From the NCBI GenBank assembly GCA_964016885.1, contig OZ024743.1, positions 6,696,001 through 6,760,000 of the forward strand: a DNA stretch of 64,000 nt. Reading direction: 5' to 3'. Source of the DNA: Eledone cirrhosa. Taxonomy: Eukaryota. Positions 53,777-64,000 of this stretch are shown here, one piece after another (the first letter of the stretch is position 1; each line of letters opens with the position of its first letter). The notes beneath the pieces are model-generated. The model ran no database searches, had not been told where the DNA came from, and saw nothing but the letters and a program-made list of their open reading frames with translations. The position numbers and the translations under genes were made by a program.

Positions 53777-55336
53777 GATACAAATACTACTTTCTCACTG
53801 TCCCCAAGCTTCATTCGTTGCTAAGTATTTTATTTTGCTACGAGATATTTTATTTTGCAAGGTACTATTTTTCCCCTGAGTTTGTGATTTCAGAGAAAGG
53901 TAAGAAATTCTTTATATTTTATATCTTTTGTATTTTGACTTTACAGTTTGAATTGTAGAATTGTTTATCCAATCAAAATATTACAACCGCTAACAGTGAA
54001 ATATAGAATTTTTTAAAAAAAAGCTTTTTCGACTGAAATCAAGTCTTTGAGAACATTCACGTCTATTTTTCAAAAATATATAATTTGAAATAGTTTGCTT
54101 TTGTTTTGGATTGAAACTTTTTTTGTATTCAATTCGTACGGGTATTTTTTAAAGATCTTTTTAAAGATTCTAACATAACTTGATTTAGCCCATTACGTGC
54201 ACTGCGGCATTCATATTGCTCAACTTATTATAACTAAGTCTGTACAACAAGTTTCACTTATCAAAAATGTTCTAGGTTGCGTGAATGAATTGCGGAAACT
54301 ATATAGTACATCAGGAAAATTTAAGCAAGCATATTTATCACAACATGATGAAGAAAATGAAGTATCGTCACCACGCTCCTTAACACCTGTGTGCCCTACT
54401 CGATGGCTAACTCGACTTTCTGCAGTCAAAGCCCTTCTTGACAATTATTCAGATGTCCCTATTTCTTTACAAGAGGCAACAAATGAGTTTGGCACCAACA
54501 TTGCATCCAGAGCTAATGTTATTCTTACGTGTCACTCTCCGGGCCAATGTGTTCTTGGATTGCACGTTGTAGTTCCATTACTTCAATTCCTTGAATGATT
54601 GAACAAATATTTTCAAAGTACCACCTTCAATCTAGGTAGCATGTTGCATAGTGTCAAACTGGTGCAGGAGGAGCTAAAAAAATCTACGCAGTGAAGAAAA
54701 ATTTCAGGAGCTGTTCAATACAGCAGAAAAAATGATTTATCAACTCGATATTTCTCCTTTGGAGCTACCCAGGCAATGAAAAGTTCCTAAAAGATACCAG
54801 GAATGGAAATGTTTGTGCTGAAGTGATCATACAGTATCGAGAGTTTGATGAATTTTCTTTAAGGAACGAAATACCTTTTTATAGAAATCATCATAGTGGA
54901 TCATCTCTCGTGCAGAGACTCAAAACTTGGTTGCGATCGACCATGACTTAGCAAAGGTTGAATCATATTCTAATATGAGACGTTCATAAAGATGTTTTGA
55001 AAAAGATTAGCTGTGAAGAAGTTGCTAAATTATTTATTGACAGCAATGATGCGAGATATGATACATTTGGAAAGTTCTAAAAGACAATAAATTTACTTTA
55101 TATGATTTTTATTCAAACGTCTATGTTTTATTTTTTGTTTATTTGATATAATAAATACTTTTTAAGCTTATTTTTTTTTTATATCTGAACTTCATTTGAA
55201 TATATAAAATTTAATTAGCGTAAAGAAATTTTTACTTATGTGATAGGGTTCAGGAAAGACACCATAAGTAATACTAAATTGCTCCAACAAATGTTGGTTT
55301 GTGCCCCTCACATTTTTAAGGCAAACGAAGCCCCTG
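53493..55336 (+). mobile_element. Nested, internally deleted hAT element (ZMYM1/THAP12-like transposase remnant) with 8-bp TSD
   Basis: Direct repeat GAAAAGAG at 53485-53492 and 55337-55344. Imperfect TIRs CAGTGGCCT (left) versus CAGGGGCTT (right, reverse complement). Confidence 0.65.
54180..55080 (+). pseudogene. hAT transposase pseudogene (ZMYM1/THAP12-like, not Buster)
   Basis: HCGIH (CxxH), CPTRWLTR and the C-terminal dimerisation motif RLKTWLRSTMT*QRLNH...FGKF*, with stops, frameshifts and a large deletion. Confidence 0.85.
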
Positions 55337-56074
55337 GAAAAGAGCAACATTATTCACTGACCCGTTCATCACCGTGATCGGCTTGACCTCGATACTTCAG
55401 CTCATTCTTACTAACATTCGGTTTGCTTGACCCCATCATATCTTCATTGCATTTCCACATCATTTATTCTATAACTAGGTTGTTGCTATTCCTATATAAA
55501 CTGACTGTTTATACTACGATCAAGTCTTGTTATAGCCTTGGGTTTAAGGAAATGCTTTTGTTGTCTTCAACAGTCATCCATTATAATTGCAGCACCATTA
55601 CAAGAATATCACAGTGATGCATTAAGGTAAGGGCGATAATTTGAGTAACTCTGACTAATAAGTAATGTCTTAACTTAGTATTATCGCGTCTTATCACTAC
55701 GTGCTTAATTGATGAATTCCATTTCAAAATAGCACATTACTAGTCATTCTTGCATTAAGTTCTCTTGAACTCGTTGCCTCGTTGATCCTTTATTGAGTCT
55801 GCCACCTTAATTCCCTCAAGCTAAGTTATTACTATTCCTACATGAAAGACTGGTTAATCTTCATATATAACTTGTCTCGACTTGGTTAATTAATGACAGT
55901 ATTTGTCTTTTTCATTGCAGTTTTGTTTATTACAAAGTGTTATTCCAGAACATTACTTGAAACTTTATCATACTGGAACAGGACTCATTATAGTAAGTTC
56001 CTTATACATAATTTTATAGGCTTATATAGGCAAATCTTTGCGTAACTTTACCAAACACATTCGCTAAACAGAAA

Positions 56075-57796
56075 ATGGCCTCAGCAATGAAGAAAAAATG
56101 CAGGCAGTACAGCGTTGATTACTTACGGTTCGGATTCATCCCATCGCCGTCGAACCACCTGTCACCCATGTGTTTAATTTGCAAGGAGTCCTTTTCGAAT
56201 GAGGCGATGAAGCCATCGCGTTTGAGTAGACACCTGGAGGTGAGGCACCCCGATAAGCGATATAAAGATTTAGCATACTTTCAGTCTCTTAGGGACCAAT
56301 TCCAGAAAACAACACTAATTTCTTCTGCCTTTTCAAAAGTTGAAGCTTCAAATGTTGATGGACTTGTCGCATCTTACAATATTGCCAACATAATCGCAAA
56401 GTGTGGCAAGCCCCATTCCTTGGATGAAACATTGGTAGCCCCTGTCATCTCAGAAGTTCTTTCAACAGTACTACGTCAGAACCCGTTAAAGACCTTGAAA
56501 TGTATTCCGTTGAGTAACGACTCAATAAAGAGACGCTTCGACGAAATGGCGGAAAAATTATGCAACATCTTTAAATCGACACAATTTGCTTTGCAACTTG
56601 ATGAAAGCACACTTTCCGGGAATCAGTCCTTACTACTGGGATACGTGCGATTTTTCCACCAAAACGAAATGCACGAGGAGCTTCTCTTCACTCTGAATCT
56701 AGCCACAGATACTAAAGGTGCCACGATCTTTGAATCTGTCAAGGGATACCTCGAAGAAAAAGAGATACCTCTTAACAATATTGTATCATGTGCTACGGAC
56801 GGCGCAAGAGCAATGGTCGGCCAACATAAGGGTTTCGTCTCTCTTCTGACGAGGGAAAATCCATCTGTATTTGCTGTTCATTGTGTCATTCATCGACAAC
56901 ACTTGGCTGCGAAGAAACTCAGCGAGCCGCTGAGCAAGTCTTTGCAGGTAGCCATTGATGTCATCAATTATATCAAACGCCATGCCCTCAATGAACGAAT
57001 TTTCCGGCAACTGTGCGAAGATAATGACGAAGAATTCGTCGAGTTGCTCCTTCATACTGAAGTGAGGTGGCTTTCAAAGGGCAAGTGCCTTACTCGCTTC
57101 TTTGAACTGTTCGACTCTATCATTGAGTTTCTGCGAGGACGCAACACAGAACTGTACAAGAAAACCCTCGATGTGAGGCAAGACTGCGCCTACCTCACCA
57201 ACATCGTCGACAAATGCAATAGTCTCATTATGGTTTTGCAGGGGGAGAAGATCACCTTGTTTAAAGCAAGGAATGCTGTGAAAATATTCCTGGCCAAATT
57301 GAAAGTCATCGAAAGGAATCTTTGTCGACGGGAATTCTATAATTTTCATAGTGTCGCCAATGTTCAAAACATTGTGAGCGATGACCAACTGCAAATTTAC
57401 ACCACGCACCTCTGTGCACTACAAGACAACATGAGAGAACGGTTTGTCGACCTTTTGCAGATAGACATCCCAATGTGGATAGCAGATCCCTTCATAGCCA
57501 ACGTCGACGATTTCGACGTTAAATTTCAGGAAGAATTAATTGAACTTCAGACAGATGACATTATCAAAATAAAATTTTCCAAAATAGGTGAACCCCTTTT
57601 TTGGATGCAAGAGGAAATTCAGCGTCGATTTCCACTCCTACATGCAGAGGCTAAGAGATTTGCTTTGCCTTTTCCTAGCTCATACTTAGTTGAGAGGGGG
57701 TTTGGTGTTGTTTCCAGACTGCATAGTAAGGCTCGCAACCGCTACAATGTGATTGCACGTGGAGATCTCCGACTACAGCTCACGTCAAAGAGTTAG
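56075..57796 (+). CDS. hAT/Buster transposase (ZBED5/ZBED8/SCAND3-like), 573 aa, C-terminus frameshifted
   Basis: RQYSVDYLRFGF, BED finger CLIC...MKPSRLSRHLEVRH, catalytic LQLDEST, ATDGARAM and SYLVERGF, HCVIHR, EVRWLSKG. The native end VKELAKLHEAQGSH* continues in another frame to TGA at 57826-57828. Confidence 0.93.
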   Translation: MASAMKKKCRQYSVDYLRFGFIPSPSNHLSPMCLICKESFSNEAMKPSRLSRHLEVRHPDKRYKDLAYFQSLRDQFQKTTLISSAFSKVEASNVDGLVASYNIANIIAKCGKPHSLDETLVAPVISEVLSTVLRQNPLKTLKCIPLSNDSIKRRFDEMAEKLCNIFKSTQFALQLDESTLSGNQSLLLGYVRFFHQNEMHEELLFTLNLATDTKGATIFESVKGYLEEKEIPLNNIVSCATDGARAMVGQHKGFVSLLTRENPSVFAVHCVIHRQHLAAKKLSEPLSKSLQVAIDVINYIKRHALNERIFRQLCEDNDEEFVELLLHTEVRWLSKGKCLTRFFELFDSIIEFLRGRNTELYKKTLDVRQDCAYLTNIVDKCNSLIMVLQGEKITLFKARNAVKIFLAKLKVIERNLCRREFYNFHSVANVQNIVSDDQLQIYTTHLCALQDNMRERFVDLLQIDIPMWIADPFIANVDDFDVKFQEELIELQTDDIIKIKFSKIGEPLFWMQEEIQRRFPLLHAEAKRFALPFPSSYLVERGFGVVSRLHSKARNRYNVIARGDLRLQLTSKS

Positions 57797-58481
57797 CTAA
57801 ACTCCATGAAGCTCAAGGGTCCCATTGATACGAGGTTAAAGTAAGTCGATTTTTTATTTGTAGTTGCAGTCTGACTGGACTGGAAACCATCTACCACAAT
57901 TCACTTACTCATTTGTTGTATATATTTTACCGTTTACTAATGAATATACCCTCTTACGTGGTCATGAAAACCCTCTTCCGTGGTCTCTAAGCTCACAAAG
58001 CGGAGGGGAGATCAAGTAAGATATCAACATTTATTCTGTCCGTTTCATTAAAGGGAAAATTGGAAAGCTTTGAAATAATACAATTGCCACTTTCTTCCAG
58101 ATAAGAGCACTCTTTGGCTAGACAGAGTTGCTCTTGTATAAATGTTCAAAATAGCTGGTATCGTCTGGTGGTAATATAACAAATTCAACTGGTCCTTATT
58201 CATAAAAAAGAACATTTATGTTCTTTTTTTTTTATTTATATACTTCCTTTCAAGGAATGTATTTATACTCTCAGCTGCCTGCAATGGTATCTTTGGAATA
58301 TCGTTAATCAATTTTTTAGTAATCTACTGATATCAAAATCAGTAGTATATTGAAACATGGAAAAAAAAGGGTAGGGAAGGTGGGAGCGTTTCGTGATTTC
58401 GAAGGGAAAGGGGGGGGGGGCGTTTGGCCGAAATGGGTTGAGAACCTTTGGTCTAAATCATAAACTATTAATTAATATTAT

Positions 58482-58892
58482 GATTGTTTCTACTTTTGGC
58501 ACAAGGCCAGCAATTATCCCAGTACATTACTGGTACTTTGTTTTATCGACTCCCATAAGGATGAAAGGCAAAGTGAACCTCGGCGGGATTTGAACTCACA
58601 CTATAAAGGGGCGTAACTCTGATTTCAAATCCCGCCGAGGTTTACTTTGCCTTTCATCCTTACGGTGTCGATAAAATAAAGTACCAGTAATGTATTAATT
58701 AATATTATAATTGTTTCTACTTTTTGGCACAAGGCCAGCAATTATCCCAGTACATTACTGGTACTTTATTTTATCGACCCCGTAAGGATGAAAGGCAAAG
58801 TTAACCTCGGCGGGAATTGAACTCAGATCGTAAAGGGACGTAACTATGCTGGAAAGCATAATCCAACTCTCTACCGATACTGCCAATTCACC
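58482..58892. mobile_element. Cluster of three Nin-domain SINE pieces in alternating orientation (minus 58482-58620, plus 58623-58693, minus 58708-58892)
   Basis: The core appears as its reverse complement twice and forward once. Confidence 0.85.
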
Positions 58893-59289
58893 GGTAGATT
58901 AAAAAGAATATATGTTGCCCTTAATTAATCTCTTGAAATTATTCTGCATTATATTCATGAATAATTTATCTAATTATAATTAACACATATAGTAGCTAAT
59001 ATTTATAAAATATATGAAATACTGCTTTTCTACACTAGCCAATATATATGTTACACTTCAACAAGGGTATATCGACAATTTACATTTAAAGTCATACTTC
59101 CGAGAAAACGTTTTCTCCCATCGAATAAAAAAAAAACATCTTTATATATTTACAACTAATGTGGAAATTTCTGTGAAGAAAATTATTAGTAATAAATTAT
59201 TCACGCTGGATAATACTAATATCTTATTTAATGAATGAATGGAACCATTGCCAACAAAGGAAAAAAATAATGCGAGCTTTATAAACATG

Positions 59290-60190
59290 TTCACTCCTTT
59301 TGGAAAGATATGAGCAGAGAGGGAATGGCTCGATATAATGGTTAACGTGGAGTATAAGGGCTATGATGGACACGACATGGGTGATTAGAAGATGAGAATC
59401 GAGTTACAAGTACTCGAAGCACAAAGAAGAGATAGTATGTCTGTGAGCCAGAGGGTTAATTTAAACCGATTTACCGAGTGGATATTTTCTGGATGAGGTC
59501 TAGGGTGTCAGTGTGAGCAACAATAGCATCGACCCCCATATGAGAGCCATATCTATTGTGGATTTCACCAGAGCTTTTTAGAGGATCAATAGCTATTGGG
59601 ATTGAAATATTTTCTGACCATGAAGAGAAGACCCTGTCTGTGGTATGCAGTCCTAGCTATATTGAGAATGGGTGTTCTCTAAGAAATATCCTCAGTGATT
59701 TTGCGGCCTAATATTTGAAATGATCACGAAGGATCTACTCGTGTACTATTCATGTTTAATGAGGATGAGTAACGATGGTATTTTCTTGATATGCTTGCGT
59801 TATATATTTTACTGTTGAAAGAGACGAGGTTGACTTGACATCATAGGGGGGGGGGGGTTCCAGGTCTCTATTAATTGAATCAGCGTGGACTTGCTATGAG
59901 GTGTTAAGATTGTGAATGATACTAGGTTGGGAAAGAATATAGTTGAATTAGGGGTGATATCATCTGCGTAAGAGTAGGCATTGTTGGGAGTGGTGTAGAG
60001 AAGGAAGAGTGTGAGAGATAAAACCGAACTTTGGAGAGTACCAGAGTTGTTAGAGTATGGGATATCAGTAGAAGCTGCTATAGAGCAATATGATACAAAA
60101 CTAGCGATCCAAGAAATTGTGTCCATAAGCGGGCAGCTCTAATTGGTGTAACTCTAATTGGTATAAATATATTTATTCTGTCACACTTAT
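59290..60190 (-). pseudogene. Degenerate CR1/L2/Jockey-group LINE reverse transcriptase
   Basis: WIASFVS...SGTLQSSVLSLTLFLLY...YADD matches WIxSFLS...SGVPQGSVLSPxLFLLY...YADD; a YGSHIWG-like block lies downstream. Confidence 0.8.
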
Positions 60191-61651
60191 GTGTGATTTG
60201 TGCGTGTTTTGGCAAGTGACTTTGTCTGAGACCGTGTGTAGAAACTAAAGTAATTACACCCAGTTTAGCCATTCAAAAACACTATTAATTCACTTTTCAT
60301 ATATCTCACACACTTTGCTACCCTGACACAGTTCCCCGCGAAGGTAAGAGATTAATTTTAAATACATTATTTTACTTCAAAAGAACTTACACTATGAATG
60401 GGTCAAGCACATTTCTACTCAATATTATATAAAAATATATTCTATGCATTCAGCGATAAAATGTAATCATATTTATGGACAAAACATTTAATAGATAATT
60501 ATTAGTTGTATTTTAAATGCTTCCTTTCAACACTATTATCACGTATATGAATCAATATAATGCTATTCTTTAATAGAAATTTAATTTAGTCAAAGTTGCT
60601 TTATACCCCCCCCCCCCCAAAGATGTATTGTTTTCATATAATATTGAGTGGGCGGACAAATTGTGTAAAATATTTTTTGATAAAGAAAATTAAAATGTAG
60701 CCTCTCTCTATTTGATACATTCTCTATTTGATACACAATGTAGCATTAGTTTTAAATCCGAAACAGGTTAAACAAACGTCAATACCATCTTGGATCTTGC
60801 CAGAGAAAATACTGCAATCAACATATATGTGTGGGCGCACACCGCTGTTTATGTTCGTGTGTTTGACACACGAACATAACTTGCAAACATGCAAAATATT
60901 TCTACTTCTCAATTTCCGTTATTAAGAGGCTGTAAAATAGATGTAAATTGATGGGCCGGTTTCGATTCACTTTTTCAACTCCCTTACATTTATGTATTTG
61001 ATAGAAGAATAAAAGTCATTCAATCATTTTATTATCTCACCAATAGATATGATAACTTGAACTAAGTAAGAAATCAATTTTTAAAAAATAGAATGTAGGC
61101 ATTTAACTTTGAGGGGTTTTTCCCCCCTTTTATTTGTTTCGCAACTTGTTTAGAGATAAAACATTTTTGAAAATTGATTTCATATAAATGAATGGCTGAA
61201 AGAAAATAAGATATAAAGAGTTTATGTGTTTGTGTAGGTGTACTAACAATGGTTAAGTTAAACTTAGAATGGGCGGGACTTAAGAAGTTAAACCGTGAGG
61301 TGGGCGTTGATGGTTTTAATTTATTCATTTGTTGACAATGTGAAGTAAACAGATGTAGGAGCACTAACGGTATTAAATGAGTGAAATAAATGAGAGAATG
61401 TATGTGTCGGGGGCGTTGCATCGATGAACATATAACTGCTCGACGAATCTTCACTGCACAGTTGTGCCTACATTTTCCATTGAGCAGCACGATAAAGCAG
61501 TAAGTGTTCTTTCTACTTTCATTATACTTCTTAGAATATACACAAATATATACACATCACATATACATACATAAATACATAAATACATACATACATACAT
61601 ACATACATGTATATATATATATACTATCTATATATATACATACATATATAT

Positions 61652-61695
<44 letters not shown>

Positions 61696-61724
61696 TACAT
61701 GTATATATACATACATACATGTAT

Positions 61725-61778
<54 letters not shown>

Positions 61779-61974
61779 TACATGCGTGTATACATACATA
61801 CATATATATATGCATACATGCGTGTATACATACATACATATATATATATGCATACATGCATGTATACATACATACATATATACATACATACATGCATTTA
61901 TGTATGTATTCATGCATGTATACATACATACATGTATACATACATACATACATGTATGTATACATACATACATG

Positions 61975-62430
61975 CTGGCTGCCCCCTCGTTATCGAGTAT
62001 GGCCATTGCACGATATACTATTATTAATTAATTCTAACGTGCAATGCCTGTGCGTGAAGATATTTTTTAAAGTGAGGAAAGACTGTGCACTGAGCCAACC
62101 CCACTCTCTGAGCGACAGTAGCTATAACCCGAAAAGAAGAAAAGATCAACATCATCGGTAACTACTGAGCCGCAGGTTTTATATCGGAGTTATCCCAGTT
62201 TCCTGAGTTGCCTTCTAGAAGAATGCCCTGACAAAGGCTAGGGGTCCTTCACTCCCATTGGTTTACCCGCGCGGTACATGTGTATATACATATTTACACA
62301 CTTTCGGATGGCCGTTGACTCTTGTGAATTCTTCCGCCCTTTGTCAGGTTTTGTTTTTTGTCCTGCAGGAGTCGCCGACGACCCGACCATGCGACATGTT
62401 ACCAGTAGCACTTAAGAGTGACCCGACATA
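61975..62430 (-). mobile_element. Diverged copy of the bipartite RTE-derived element
   Basis: Collinear with 10565-11172 (GGCTGCC...CGAGTATGGCCA, GACAAAGGCTA, GACCCGACCATG, CATGTTACCAGTAGCAC) and embedded in (CATA)n. Confidence 0.75.
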
Positions 62431-62663
62431 CATACTTAGTATTTTATGGTTTTTGAGTGCTTTCTCTGCAATGTTATAATGTTATGGTTGTTGTTTTTTA
62501 CTGTTTCGCTACCTCCAGTCGCTGGGCCGTGGCTATGCAGGGGCATCGCGATGTGTAAAATATTTATAAATATATAATGCGAGCTTCAAATATTTTTTAT
62601 TATTTCTATAAAACTTTTGTTGTATAAAATGTTATTTTTATATACCGTCAATTGAGTATTATT

Positions 62664-62765
62664 TCGAGGTTGACTTTACCTTTCATCCTTACGGGGTCGA
62701 TAAAATAAAGTACCAGTAATGCACTGGATAATTGCTGGCCTTGTGCCTAAAAGTAGAAACAATTA
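62664..62765 (+). mobile_element. 5'-truncated Nin-domain SINE
   Basis: Core and tail nearly identical to the other short-tail copies. Confidence 0.88.
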
Positions 62766-62999
62766 TTTATGGGATTTATCTATAAAGAACATTTTGTTAA
62801 ATCTTCGTCTTTAGTTATCCCATCTCTTGTGTTAGCAAGTAATCATTAAAAGCTCCCTTTAATTTATTCATATGGTAGTTTCAAATTAATTTATTTAATT
62901 TTGTATTAAGAAATTCATTTTTTCAGATATATACTGAGGTTTTGTTTTGTTTTATTTTTATTATGAAAACAATAAAGAAAAAATTCCAAGCGTCTCATG

Positions 63000-63670
63000 C
63001 AACTGGTTCATGATCCCCGTCGACAAAATGGCAAAGCATTAACCTCAGTATGACACGGGAGACGCACTAAAAGAGCCAATCCAACTCGCCCTTTTCATCT
63101 TGGTTGACTATAGAAAGGAATGTGATGCGGGGACCCAGATCGCCTGTTATTTCAACCACTAGGATTTCGACAAGAAACCTTTCAGGGAGCAGCTGACATT
63201 TTGTCGAGTTACGAAAATTGGAACTGACACCGATTCCAGCAGGTTGCCGTCAGATGAAGTATGGCTACAAGTCAGATCCAAATTAAGGATTAGCTTCGAA
63301 ACGAAGATCGTGATGCTGCCCTCGCAGTCTAGCACCACCAGTTCCAGCTGCAATTGAAAACCGATTCTCTCCAAACCACGTTTAACGATACTGTCGGGAG
63401 CGTCATGCCGAGGGAAGCAGCCTGTGAGGAGGTTACATTACAGCAAGTAGAGTCCCAAAACATCTACTGTAGACCCATAATGTTATTTGTGTTGCTGACA
63501 AATCCGAAGACCAAGCTCGAGTGAAATGTCAATTCAAACAATAATTATCCACTTGGGTACCATTCGATAGCGAGTGTATAGCGTTCTGCCAAGCACCACC
63601 GTCGAGCTGGAGGGCTAAAACATGCTAGTCAATGCTGATCAAGCGTGTGTACATGGCTATTCGAGATTTT
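63000..63670 (+). pseudogene. Possible highly degenerate RTE-like RT remnant
   Basis: LFILVDYRKECD resembles FIDYRKAFD and SVLPSTT resembles VLPxLTY; GC-richer than the flanks. Confidence 0.35.
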
Positions 63671-64000
63671 ATCGCACTGGATGGCGTCCCATTTATGTTA
63701 GACAGAAAATTCATTTGGATTAAAATAATATTTTAAGAAGAAAATATTATTTTGTCAGAAACACTAATCCATCCATTCGTTCGAGTTAGCTTGAGAATGT
63801 TTTTATCAGGAGTGTCTACCATTGTTTGTGGTATCATTTCTTAGTCATTTTTTTAGTACAGCACCTATAGAAATACTAATTTTATTTTATAGTTAACTTT
63901 GAAAACTCATGTCTCATTTTCTGTCTCTCTTCTGAATAGAATATTAATCATGCTAAGAAACTCGGCACTTCTCGGCACTTCACTCTTAGGTGCAACTATT

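Overview
AT-rich, microsatellite-laden animal genomic DNA. Its SINE content points to an octopus or related cephalopod (inferred from recognised repeat families, not confirmed). I found no host protein-coding exon; most short ORFs in the track come from (TA)n/(TG)n/(CATA)n repeats or are antisense to mobile elements. Bases 1-42 kb hold decayed elements: Nin/Deu-domain tRNA SINEs, bipartite RTE-derived elements, and RTE, CRE, Merlin and mariner remnants. The main structure is a 16,354-bp hAT/Buster transposon (42097-58450). It has 14-bp TIRs, a perfect 8-bp TSD (GTCTAAAT) and splits an older SINE tail. It encodes a near-intact 573-aa transposase and encloses about 13 kb of passenger DNA. The passenger DNA includes two divergent Naiad-like Penelope retroelements, each arranged as a long inverted repeat (arms about 0.85 and 1.65 kb) and both broken 38-40 nt upstream of the RT YRDD motif. 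It also includes five type-I hammerhead ribozyme motifs with intact or near-intact cores, several palindromic stubs in (TA)n tracts, and a second nested hAT with its own TSD. All calls were made by eye and coordinates of degenerate elements are approximate.
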